Shown piece after piece: positions 21,327-30,643 of a stretch of 64,000 nt of DNA; the stretch's first letter is position 1, and the number at the start of each line of letters is the position of its first letter. A program made the translations under genes and the position numbers. The stretch lies in the IMG/VR virus record IMGVR_UViG_3300028603_000018, positions 96,001 through 160,000 of that record, one strand, 5' to 3'. The notes beneath the pieces are model-generated. The model had not been told where the DNA came from. It saw only the letters and a list, made by a program, of their open reading frames with translations, and made no database searches. Source of the DNA: a virus (taxonomy: Duplodnaviria; Caudoviricetes).

Positions 21327-22173
21327 ATGAGTAAAGATTTATTGATAGGAGTAGGTGGAGGGGAGGGGGTAGCACCTCCTGGACAGGTTCTTTGGGGAGT
21401 AAATATTGTCAACTCTTACTACGGTCCTAATGGTTTATTCCCCTTTGTTGTTCCTCAAGGCGTTTATTCTATTTGTGCTGTCACAGTGGGTAGGGGTGGT
21501 TATGGACCGGGACATACGAGTGGCAGGACTGCCGCCGGAGGTGGTGGAGGATTATCCTATCGTAATGATATTCCAGTGACTCCTGGCGAAACATTGACTA
21601 TTGACTATTGACTTCAATGCCGAACATGTAGGTATTCGTAGAGATGCTGAATGGTTATGCTATGCTCAATGCAGTGCTGCTAGTAGAACGGGCGGTTTAG
21701 GTGGTAAAAGCCTCTCTGTTATACATACTGGTGGTGGAAATGGTGGTCTCGGCGCGAATAATACAGGCAGTACAGTCCAGCGTTTAGGAGGTGGTGGAGC
21801 TGGGGGGTATACTAGTAACGGCGGAAATGGTGGTGGACATAACACTACTCAGACCACTAGTTTTGATGGTGGTAGTGGAGGTAACTATAATGCTTCATTC
21901 AACACATGTTCTGGTGGATTTGGTGTAACCTTACTGGGATCACGCGTACCTGGATCTAATGGAGTTCCTGTAGGCTCTCCTTACCCTCCTAATGTGAATA
22001 ATACTTCCACTGCACTACGTAACGCTCCTCCTAGAGGTGGTGGTAGATATGGTGGTGGTGCTGCTGTTATTTATAATACTACCTCTGGTAATGTGAATGG
22101 TCAGTCTTCTGGTGGTGTAAGAATTATTTGGGGTGAAGGTAGGTCTTACCCTTATAATGCTTTAGATGTATAA
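21327..22173 (+). pseudogene. MSKDLL-tagged glycine-rich adhesin-like protein, frameshifted at (ATTGACT)3
   Basis: The 94-aa and 190-aa ORFs join into a single 279-aa protein (...VTPGETLTIDFNAEH...) if one heptamer is removed. Confidence 0.8.
21593..21613. repeat. Tandem heptamer (ATTGACT)3
   Basis: Copies at 21593, 21600 and 21607. Confidence 0.95.
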
Positions 22174-22174
22174 G

Positions 22175-22210
22175 GCATAAATGGGAGGTTAGAAAACCTC
22201 CCATTTATGC
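22175..22210. terminator. Hairpin-family element between convergent genes
   Basis: Perfect 16-bp stem GCATAAATGGGAGGTT...AACCTCCCATTTATGC. Confidence 0.8.
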
Positions 22211-22283
22211 TGTACTAAAGAGAATACTAACTAAAACAAAGGAATAAGAGATGTTGATTTCCTTGAGTGTATCCTTCATTTTT

Positions 22284-23109
22284 TTATTCTTCAGGTGTGT
22301 ATTCCCAAATCCTAGCTTCTGGTACATCACCTATTACTATGAAACTATAGAAGTATATCTTTCCGTTTAATACACAAGGAAAGCAACTAGTAGACGATAA
22401 CCACATATTAAAAGGATCAGGAACAGGTATTTCAGTTACTTTATTTGTAACATCATTATACTTATAGAAAGAAGCACCAATAGTACTATTACCAGCTATG
22501 AAATAAATATCATCACCTAACGAACATCCTCTTCCCCATACACCACCGCCAGCATCATTAAACTCCCATTCCTCATCTAGCTCAATATACTCAATTGTTT
22601 CATCTAATAAATTATACTTAGATATTAATTTAATTCTATCAGGCTTAGTTAAATCTACGCGGGGTAAAATACTATATATGTAATTTTTATGCAGAACTCT
22701 TAATACAGGGTTTCTGGGCATAATTATATTTTTATATACTTTAGTATTAGTGCTTAGATTAACTACATCCATAACTTGATCACTTATCGCGTATAAATGA
22801 TTATCAAACACAAAACCATTCCAACTGGGTAAGGTAAATGGATTTGTTAATGCTAAAGATGAAATATGATCTGAAGCATAAGGTTTGATTTTAAGCATTC
22901 CTACGTTAGCTGTAGTCCCACCAATATAACCACCTAATGAATAAATAAACTCACCATCAGTAACAACTCCATACCTATTTCTAGTAAGTAATTGAGTTAT
23001 TGACCAAGCTATCCTCAGATAAATTCTTCTTGATATTGGATCGATGATGAAGTATTTAACACTACCACTCTTCAATCTCGTGAGAACTTATTAATATTTC
23101 TTTAGACAT
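22284..23109 (-). pseudogene. MSKEIL-tagged Kelch-like protein, frameshifted near the 5' end
   Basis: ATG 23109 gives MSKEILISSHEIEEW*. The Kelch body (FIYSLGG, DIYFIAG, GKIYFY, WEYTPEE) is in another frame; the span is 826 nt = 3n+1. Confidence 0.7.
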
Positions 23110-23114
23110 AATTA

Positions 23115-23723
23115 TTACAGATTCTCCTGTATGTATTCTTGCAGGACAGTTAACTGTTCTCGCAGAGAATTATTCTCATTAACTAATTGATTTACATCAG
23201 CAGTTAATGTAGTGTTAGAAGTAATCAAGTTTTGTCTGGCTTGTTCTAAAGACTCATGTTCTTGTTGTGGTACTAACTTAGTCTCACTTAACTTAATTAC
23301 CTTCACCTCAGGCTCTAAACCAATGTTATCTTTAACTAAATCTTCGATCTTACTAATAAGACTGTCTAACGGAATTTCATCAGCTATAGCTCCTAACTTT
23401 ACTGCTAAAGCAATAACATTATACGGAACACCACCTACTAAAGGACAATTCTTAATATAAGAAGTAGGGACAACAATTTGCTGTCCGCTATCGGATCGTA
23501 ATGTAACTAGTCTAACATTATTCTGAGCATCAGTTTCATAAACAGTCTTATCTAGATCTACTGGGTAATAGACTTCTGTATAGGGGTCTTTCCCCCAGCT
23601 CTGCATTTCACTAAAACTGCGAAGTGCTGTACACTCATAGACAACGTTAGCAACGATTTGGGTATCAAAAGGAGCTTCTAGTTCATAAATACCTTTAGCT
23701 CCAACTACTGGAATAACACTCAT
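23115..23723 (-). CDS. Hypothetical protein with C-terminal coiled coil
   Basis: 202-aa ORF with RBS, co-oriented with the upstream gene. Confidence 0.65.
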   Translation of the reverse strand: MSVIPVVGAKGIYELEAPFDTQIVANVVYECTALRSFSEMQSWGKDPYTEVYYPVDLDKTVYETDAQNNVRLVTLRSDSGQQIVVPTSYIKNCPLVGGVPYNVIALAVKLGAIADEIPLDSLISKIEDLVKDNIGLEPEVKVIKLSETKLVPQQEHESLEQARQNLITSNTTLTADVNQLVNENNSLREQLTVLQEYIQENL

Positions 23724-23743
23724 TACTTATCCTTAGAGTTTTC

Positions 23744-25054
23744 TTAACTCATGCTCTTCTTACAAAGAACTAAGTGATTAATATTTTCAATAGAAGTAGT
23801 TAAGTAGAGCTTACCATTCCTAAAGACTTTTAAGATACCATTAGGTGGAATATCAAAATCTTGGAAATCTTCAGCTAAGTAGATCATTTGTTGCATAACT
23901 GTAAACCAATCCCGAGTACGTTTTGTCATTCGGTTAAAATCAGTATCTGTTGATGAAACAGCAATCCAATCAGGATAGACCTCGTTGATTCGGTATTGTG
24001 CGTCTCTATTCTCATTACTACCAATAGACACAACAGCTAAACTCCTCCAAGGCCAACCAGTTACCATCGAGTAGTTGTTAATATGTGCTACAGGATAACC
24101 TACAGTATTTGCTTGAATGATAGTAGGAACTTCTCTATAATCTAACACTGAGCTATAAATACCTTTAACCGCTTGCTGATCTGGTACTGCTAATTTATTC
24201 CAAACAGGCACGTATACAAATTCAGTGCGTTTGAAAATATCAGGTAAGATTTCAGCCCACTCTTCACGCGTGTGGTTGGAATTACTTAAGATATGGTCTT
24301 GAATAGCGTCTTTAATAGAATCAATGTTATTACCAGCAATACCATAAATAAGAATACCCCAATCACTTGGAATAATGCGAGAAGAGTTATTAGGGTCGTG
24401 ATAATTAAAAGAATCAACTCGAAGATACGTTTCTGGATAACCTTCTTTAGCTGCTTGGATCTTTGCAGCAGTATCAGTCATTGTAATAGCTTCTAAAAGC
24501 GCTTGTACCTCAGCACCAGGTCTAAAGAAGATATCTAAAGGATATTGACCACTTGCTTCAATAGGTGGGACTACAGTGATAGTGTAATTAGGATATTGTA
24601 CTCTGAAAGCAGAGTCTGAGAACCAGATAGTAATATTTGCATTAGTTACTTTCATTGTCCAGCTAACGAACTCTGGAACATAATAAGTCCCATCAGTACG
24701 AATAGCACCCGCTGAGAAACTCTCTGCTGTAGCACTAAAAGCAGTAATTAACTCATTTAGGATTTCAACATGATCGACTTGTACACCAGGATTATTAATC
24801 GTATAGTCGTAAACAAATTTACTTACCGCTAAGATGTGGTCTCGAACAGCAATAGGCATCTCAGTATCAACACCCTCATCTTGACATTCAAATGAGATGA
24901 TGGTAATGTTCGGAGCCTGTTGTTTATTACTATAAACTCCTTTATCTTTAGCGTAAGTAAGGGAGAGAGTATGAATCTCTCCTACCTCATTAACAGCATG
25001 GGAATTATTATCAAATAACCCTGCGTGAGGTGCGAATCCTTTAATAACAAACAT
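23744..25054 (-). CDS. Probable virion structural protein
   Basis: 436-aa ORF with GGAG RBS, next to the RNase H cluster as in phiKZ-like phages. Confidence 0.6.
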   Translation of the reverse strand: MFVIKGFAPHAGLFDNNSHAVNEVGEIHTLSLTYAKDKGVYSNKQQAPNITIISFECQDEGVDTEMPIAVRDHILAVSKFVYDYTINNPGVQVDHVEILNELITAFSATAESFSAGAIRTDGTYYVPEFVSWTMKVTNANITIWFSDSAFRVQYPNYTITVVPPIEASGQYPLDIFFRPGAEVQALLEAITMTDTAAKIQAAKEGYPETYLRVDSFNYHDPNNSSRIIPSDWGILIYGIAGNNIDSIKDAIQDHILSNSNHTREEWAEILPDIFKRTEFVYVPVWNKLAVPDQQAVKGIYSSVLDYREVPTIIQANTVGYPVAHINNYSMVTGWPWRSLAVVSIGSNENRDAQYRINEVYPDWIAVSSTDTDFNRMTKRTRDWFTVMQQMIYLAEDFQDFDIPPNGILKVFRNGKLYLTTSIENINHLVLCKKSMS

Positions 25055-25148
25055 AAATACTCCAGCGTATTTTTTAATCTAGAAATTAAAATTCTATTTT
25101 TTCTATTAGAAATCATAGGATTGACTATGACTAAGGTAATAACAAAAG

Positions 25149-25460
25149 ATGTTTCATTTAATAAGAAAAATATTCCCTTTCATAAAAGAAATGATTATTG
25201 GCAGGGGTTCTGTTTGGCAGTCTTTCCAGTACGATAAAAGAAGGTTCTTTTTCTTCGTCATTGTCTCTCTATCTATTTTCATAGCAGTTAATACAACAGG
25301 CTATTATTTAGAGGATGCGAGGAGACGCATTTTTAGTAAGTTAAATAACGTACCTTACATTTCTTTAAAAGATGATTTAAGAAAGACAGAAAAAGAAATT
25401 GAAAGGCTAAAATCTATTATCACTTACTATGAATCTAGATATGGTTTATACGAAGACTAA
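25149..25460 (+). CDS. Small membrane protein (one TM helix plus coiled coil)
   Basis: RRFFFFVIVSLSIFIAV followed by LKDDLRKTEKEIERLKS. Confidence 0.55.
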   Translation: MFHLIRKIFPFIKEMIIGRGSVWQSFQYDKRRFFFFVIVSLSIFIAVNTTGYYLEDARRRIFSKLNNVPYISLKDDLRKTEKEIERLKSIITYYESRYGLYED

Positions 25461-25517
25461 ATTGAAATTAATGCATTTGCTCTTCTATATGAGTATCGAT
25501 ATGAAAAGGAAAAGGAA

Positions 25518-27026
25518 GTGGAAGCGACGGTTGAGCAAACTAAACTACCTTATGATTTAGCTATCTGGACTGACGGAGGATGTCGTCCTAACCCAGGCCA
25601 TGGTGGTGTAGGAATTCATGGTTATTTTTACAAACAGAAAGAATCCAAGACAGGTAATGGTCATCCTACCCATATTCTAACTAATGAAGGGTATATTCTT
25701 AAAGCTGACTACAAACAAATTGAGAAGAGTAAATTTCGTTCAATTGCTGAAATTGAAGTAGTCTCTTATATTGATGTCGTTGCAGCAAATCCTAACAGCT
25801 CGAATAATCGAGCAGAGTTACTAGCTTTAACTATCGGATTAGAAAAAGCTGTTCAGTATGGTGTGTTGAGTCTAACATGTTATCTTGATTCTCAATACAC
25901 GATTGATAGATACAACAGCATCGAAAAAGGTAAAGCTAATAACTGGACATCTAACGGTGAGAAGGTTAAGAACTGGGACCTTTTAGAAAGACTCTACCAA
26001 GCTCACATTAAAGCTAAAGAGGCAGAATTCAAAGTCTCCATTAAAAAAGTGGCGGGTCATTCAGGTGAACCGGGTAATGAAGCTGCTGATCAACTAGCCT
26101 CTATTGGCGTGGCTTTAACTGCAAATGGAGAAGCTGCTTTTGAATGTGTAATATCAGACGCTAAAGGATATTGGAAATCTGATGTAGAACGTCATCCATT
26201 CCTGCAATCTCAGTGCTGTTATTTCCATACGAATCCTAATGATATTAAATCAGGAACTTATCTTCTTGGTAGTCATGGTAAAAAGAGTGAACTTCTTGGC
26301 ACTAGAATGACTGAAGGTAGTTATGCTATTGTTCAGATCGATGAGGGTGTTGATGTACTAGAATCAGTAAGAGATACAGCTGTTAACAAATCAGACTACT
26401 TTGGTAGACATTGTTTAATGTTTGCTAACTTAGATAAGATCTTCAATCCTAATGTCTTTAGTTTAATCACGACTTATAAAGATCGTGTTATGCTTCAAAA
26501 ACCAAAAGAGCAAGATCTTTATCTCTTATCAACAAGATCAGATAGAATGTTTGTTGAAGCACTAGAACCACCTCGACTAGCATGGCGAGCTATGGATGCG
26601 CTTAATTATCTAAACAGCATCTATCAGGATGTTGAGAGGAAATCTGGTAAAGTCGTCGTTACTGATATCACTCATTACTTCTACGAATCTATCGAAAAAG
26701 CAGGTAAAGGAAAAAATAGTGAACCTATTCTTCTTACTCAATTAAAGAAAGAGTTCGTAGTAGGATATAGAAATTTAGATGTTGATGCTCATTGTAAATA
26801 TGAAGATAATGAGTATAAATTAACAACACGCCTAATCTTAGGTGTAGATATGCCTAATAGGAACTCTCTAAAGCGCTTAGAGGGCCTTAATCCTACTATT
26901 GAGCTAGTTACCTGGCCTGAGTCAGAAACTAGCTTCAGATACGCTGTAATCATTCGAGTCGACGGTGCTAGAGGTATTTGGGCGGGTTATTATTCTAATT
27001 TCTTATTTGTTCCTAAAAAGAAATAA
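25518..27026 (+). CDS. rnhA: Ribonuclease HI with long C-terminal extension
   Basis: Motifs WTDGGCRPNPG, SNNRAELLA, YLDSQY, KNWDL and KVAGHSGEPGNEAADQLA. Confidence 0.9.
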   Translation: MEATVEQTKLPYDLAIWTDGGCRPNPGHGGVGIHGYFYKQKESKTGNGHPTHILTNEGYILKADYKQIEKSKFRSIAEIEVVSYIDVVAANPNSSNNRAELLALTIGLEKAVQYGVLSLTCYLDSQYTIDRYNSIEKGKANNWTSNGEKVKNWDLLERLYQAHIKAKEAEFKVSIKKVAGHSGEPGNEAADQLASIGVALTANGEAAFECVISDAKGYWKSDVERHPFLQSQCCYFHTNPNDIKSGTYLLGSHGKKSELLGTRMTEGSYAIVQIDEGVDVLESVRDTAVNKSDYFGRHCLMFANLDKIFNPNVFSLITTYKDRVMLQKPKEQDLYLLSTRSDRMFVEALEPPRLAWRAMDALNYLNSIYQDVERKSGKVVVTDITHYFYESIEKAGKGKNSEPILLTQLKKEFVVGYRNLDVDAHCKYEDNEYKLTTRLILGVDMPNRNSLKRLEGLNPTIELVTWPESETSFRYAVIIRVDGARGIWAGYYSNFLFVPKKK

Positions 27027-27124
27027 ATGCTTCTTTATAGAAAGGGTTGGTTAATGTTATGGTCACATGTAACAACTAAGTAGACTTTTTATTTTTTATT
27101 AACTCTTTCCAGTGTTCTTTCACT

Positions 27125-27553
27125 ATGAAAAAAAGCAATTTCTTAAAAGTCTGCCTGGGTAACGTGATTAAGTTCTTTGCTGGTATCATGTTACCTAATC
27201 GCATGAAGAGAATTGTCTTCGTTTCATCCCTAGCTTGTCAGATGAGTCCTGAGAAGAAGTTAAGTCCTGAAACCATTAATAAACTCAATCTACTTATGGA
27301 TCTCGTAGAAGATAGTAAGAGTTTAGAGTTGGGTTCGGACTTCTCTAATGCTATTTGGAAAAATCGTCAATGTCTTACTGTCTGTCAAAAAGTTGCTCAA
27401 GAAGAAGTCAGTGATGATCAGTCCGTTTCTTCTATAGTAGCTTCAATTAAGGAGTCAACAGCACATTGGTTGAAATACGGAGACGAGAAGTTAATGGAAC
27501 GGGATATTCAATTCCTAGTAGAAAACAAAGAAGTAATTGCTGGTCGCTTTTAA
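27125..27553 (+). CDS. Hypothetical protein
   Basis: 142-aa ORF followed by a hairpin. Confidence 0.6.
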   Translation: MKKSNFLKVCLGNVIKFFAGIMLPNRMKRIVFVSSLACQMSPEKKLSPETINKLNLLMDLVEDSKSLELGSDFSNAIWKNRQCLTVCQKVAQEEVSDDQSVSSIVASIKESTAHWLKYGDEKLMERDIQFLVENKEVIAGRF

Positions 27554-27557
27554 AAAC

Positions 27558-27598
27558 GCATAAACTAGGGACTCCTTTTACAGAGTCCCTAGTTTTGC
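27558..27598. terminator. Hairpin-family element
   Basis: AAACTAGGGACTC...GAGTCCCTAGTTT. Confidence 0.75.
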
Positions 27599-27627
27599 CT
27601 TAAGTGTTAAACAACGTTATTTCGATG

Positions 27628-27643
27628 ACATATCACTAAATGG
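27628..27643 (+). promoter_or_regulatory. Putative early (vRNAP-type) promoter ACATATCACTAAATGG
   Basis: 15/16 identical to 30568-30583, with similar motifs at 32455, 49784 and 56429; resembles the phiKZ early TATATTAC motif. Confidence 0.5.
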
Positions 27644-27795
27644 ATAGAGCTAACTTCTCTTTCATTCAGCTCAACAAGAGAGTTAAGTAGTATAAAAAAA
27701 TATTCACTTACTTCTTCTTGTGTAAGAGCTAAGCTTGCAAGCTTATTTTTAATTAGTGGTAAAAAATAAAGTATTTCTTAATAAGGAAAATTTAC

Positions 27796-28251
27796 ATGTC
27801 GTCGATCAAACCTGAAACCTTAGAACTCTCGAAAATCATTGATGAAGCTTCTACTATCTCTAAAGATGGTGCTGTTGAATACAATAGCGATCTGTATGAG
27901 AATCTACTCAAAGCCCGAGGTGTTGAACTCAAAGACGCTAAAGTGGTTAACTCTGCAAACGTTGAGATTGCAGTTGCTCTGGCTCACAGTGGTGGTAGCA
28001 AAGCTATTCCAGTTCTAGCAGGTAACAAAGACTTAGAGCGGGTTACAGGTAAACTAAATCAAGGTAATGCTGAGATTTGGTTTGATACCCGTCGTGAAGT
28101 TACGACTCGCAATCCTAAGACGGGTGAAACGGGTGTTTCTTATGGTGCGACCTCCATGGGTGTTAACCTGAAAGGTCTGAAAGGTGGACAAGCTGCTGCT
28201 GTTAAAGCAGAACTCAAAGAGCTGGCTGCTAAGAAGCTCGGTAAGAAGTAA
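27796..28251 (+). CDS. Small protein with HU/IHF-like arm motif, possibly DNA-binding
   Basis: TTRNPKTGET motif, Lys-rich C-terminus, strong RBS. Confidence 0.5.
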   Translation: MSSIKPETLELSKIIDEASTISKDGAVEYNSDLYENLLKARGVELKDAKVVNSANVEIAVALAHSGGSKAIPVLAGNKDLERVTGKLNQGNAEIWFDTRREVTTRNPKTGETGVSYGATSMGVNLKGLKGGQAAAVKAELKELAAKKLGKK

Positions 28252-28354
28252 TTCTTATTACTGAAGTAAAGTAAATGTAAAGGAGGGAGAGCATTTGCTC
28301 TCCTTCTTATGCTGGTTATTTTTCTTTTGTTATTCTAGATAAAGGATTTAAGAC

Positions 28355-28612
28355 ATGCGTAATATATTTAATACTCTAGCAGTAATACTCTTTATAATTG
28401 CTATTATTTCAGCTGTTATAATTAATCTCACCACTCCCTCTTATAGCGTAAATCAAATTACACGAGCTGTAGGATATTGTGCTAATCAAGGTCTAAGTTA
28501 TCAACTAACTTCCACTTTCATTTTTCCAGGGAAGAAAACCATTACTTCAATCAATTGTATTGAACCTAATTCAATCACTCCTGTACCAGAGCACGTACTT
28601 GGAAAAAAATAA
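28355..28612 (+). CDS. Small membrane-anchored protein
   Basis: N-terminal hydrophobic helix, two Cys, RBS AAGGA. Confidence 0.55.
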   Translation: MRNIFNTLAVILFIIAIISAVIINLTTPSYSVNQITRAVGYCANQGLSYQLTSTFIFPGKKTITSINCIEPNSITPVPEHVLGKK

Positions 28613-28801
28613 ATGCAGTCAATAAGTAAAATCTATAGCCCGAGTATTAACTCGGGCTAATATGCTATATTTTTTCAATAACACATCATCTTTATATAGT
28701 TAACATTTATTGGCATAAAAAGTACTTTGAAAGTACTCTATAATAATTATCTCTTAAATATAACATATCTTCTTTATTCAATAGGTAGTCTTTTATGGTG
28801 A

Positions 28802-29131
28802 GTGGTTATGGGTATTTCTGATATTTTCCTAAATGACGAATTATGTTTTAAAGATAATGAAGATATGGAGAATCCATCTAATACTGAAGTTAGAGCTGAA
28901 CTTTTGAATGACAGTATGATGAAGCGTAGATTATTTCAACTAGGCTTTGGACTTAAGCATCGTATATTGGTAGAAGAGCATCATTTTCTTTTTCAAACAG
29001 AATTTATGATTATACCTAGTCATGCTGGTGAATCAATATTAGGTAAATCACACCTAATACGTACAGAAACCGTTGCAGCTAAGCACTTGCTATTGAATGA
29101 CGGGTGTGAAGTGGGAGGGAATTTCAGATAA
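28802..29131 (+). CDS. Hypothetical protein
   Basis: First of a run of translationally coupled small ORFs. Confidence 0.5.
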   Translation: MVMGISDIFLNDELCFKDNEDMENPSNTEVRAELLNDSMMKRRLFQLGFGLKHRILVEEHHFLFQTEFMIIPSHAGESILGKSHLIRTETVAAKHLLLNDGCEVGGNFR

Positions 29132-29415
29132 TGCTTTGTATAGAAAGGGAAAACGAAAAGGATGTTTTTATCAAGTATCTCTGTTCAGATGCTAATATTC
29201 GTTTACAAAAAGAAAGAGTTTCTCAGAGAGAATTTAAACACCCTATCTCTGTGCTACACTATGAATTTTTTTCGCAGATAACGTTACCGAATTTCCTCAC
29301 CCTAGAACCTGAGTCTCCAATAAGAATATTTAGTCATGATCCTAGTAGCATAATTTATAAGAAAGGTCCTGTTGGGTTAAAGCATAGTTTATCGAACTTA
29401 TTTTATACGGATTAA
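29131..29415 (+). CDS. Hypothetical protein
   Basis: TAATG-coupled to the previous ORF. Confidence 0.5.
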   Translation: MLCIERENEKDVFIKYLCSDANIRLQKERVSQREFKHPISVLHYEFFSQITLPNFLTLEPESPIRIFSHDPSSIIYKKGPVGLKHSLSNLFYTD

Positions 29416-29419
29416 ATAA

Positions 29420-29794
29420 ATGGATTTAACAGACGTTTTTGATATACCTAATATTGATTCAGAAATCCTTCATTTACCAGAATCTGATAACAGTCATGAA
29501 TGTAGTAAAGAAGAACTTGAAGATTTAGATCTTGATGATACTGATGTAATTGTATCGAAAAAACATATGCGCCGCAATCCTTCTAAACCTCCTATAGCTA
29601 ATTATCTAGACGGCTCTTCTCTTTATATGCCTTCTATGGAAATAACAGATCTTACTTCTGCTTTTGAAAAAGATATGTATGTGGTCTATAAAGCTGAAAC
29701 AATGATTCTAGCTCAGACTAGAGACTTCCATATTCTTCAATATACATTTGAAGCGAGTGTCGAGAATAACTATTTAATTAAACTAATGGAGTAA
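29420..29794 (+). CDS. Acidic hypothetical protein
   Basis: ORF track; tight operon spacing. Confidence 0.55.
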   Translation: MDLTDVFDIPNIDSEILHLPESDNSHECSKEELEDLDLDDTDVIVSKKHMRRNPSKPPIANYLDGSSLYMPSMEITDLTSAFEKDMYVVYKAETMILAQTRDFHILQYTFEASVENNYLIKLME

Positions 29795-29801
29795 ATACCT
29801 A

Positions 29802-30128
29802 ATGATCCATTTAGATAAGTGTTGGGAGATTAATCCTTGTAGCACTTTTGACTTTATGTCATCAAAGACGGAAGAACTCCATAACGGATTAATTAGACAA
29901 GTTAGATTTGACGAAGGTAATTATGACAACGAAGAAATGACAGAAAGTAACTATTTGAGTCATCGTAATCCCTTGAGTTTTTACTTAGATCATGCTGTGG
30001 TTGAAGATGATTATGTTATTAGTGAACAATTCAATAAAGACTACACCGTCTTCTTTGGTCATGGTGATACAGCTATAACTACTATCTTTATCCCAATAAT
30101 AACAGTTATGTTCTTAAGACATGAATAA
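29802..30128 (+). CDS. Acidic hypothetical protein
   Basis: GGAG RBS; tight operon spacing. Confidence 0.55.
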   Translation: MIHLDKCWEINPCSTFDFMSSKTEELHNGLIRQVRFDEGNYDNEEMTESNYLSHRNPLSFYLDHAVVEDDYVISEQFNKDYTVFFGHGDTAITTIFIPIITVMFLRHE

Positions 30129-30164
30129 CAAAAAATAACGCTTTTTATTAAAGAGGATATAGTA

Positions 30165-30467
30165 TTGCTAGACTACAAATTAAGAGATGATTTTATATTT
30201 CATACAGAGTCTTATTGGGATAAATTTGAAATCCATGATAAAGGTATTAATGAAATAGAATTCTTGTTAACACCTACTGATATTTTAAGTAAGAGATTAG
30301 AAGCTGATTGGGGAAGTATTCTCTACTCTGATGTACATGATTTTATCAGGGAGAAACTATCTGGTGAAGGGTTTGCTTATACTCTTACAGAAGTTACAGA
30401 CGGTTATACTTTTCTATCTTTGCTTATGATGGACTATAATACCAGCCTAATGAATAATCTAGACTAA
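30165..30467 (+). CDS. Acidic hypothetical protein
   Basis: TTG start after a GAGG RBS. Confidence 0.5.
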   Translation: MLDYKLRDDFIFHTESYWDKFEIHDKGINEIEFLLTPTDILSKRLEADWGSILYSDVHDFIREKLSGEGFAYTLTEVTDGYTFLSLLMMDYNTSLMNNLD

Positions 30468-30567
30468 GGAGTAAAAAAAGAAGATATGTCTTTTACTTCA
30501 GTATTAGGTATACAAAATAATTAAAAACGCATCTCACTAATAGTCTGTATTCTAATGGATATTAAAA

Positions 30568-30583
30568 ACATATCACTAACTGG
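30568..30583 (+). promoter_or_regulatory. Putative early promoter ACATATCACTAACTGG
   Basis: Near-identical to 27628-27643; upstream of the AAA ATPase. Confidence 0.5.
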
Positions 30584-30643
30584 TATAGTTTAGCAATATA
30601 CATTTAATCTCCCTTCATTTATCTCTATTAGGGCTAAAAATTA

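Noticed and set aside
19727-22173. Diversity-generating retroelement acting on the adhesins
   Set aside because: No reverse transcriptase and no adenine-specific template/variable repeat pair is visible in the window.
21327-23109. Stop-codon reassignment as the cause of the broken genes
   Set aside because: The breaks are frame changes rather than in-frame stops; long core genes are open in the standard code, and TAG and TGA end normal genes.
25149-25460. Holin or spanin call
   Set aside because: A TM helix plus coiled coil is compatible, but there is no adjacent endolysin or lipoprotein partner to support it.
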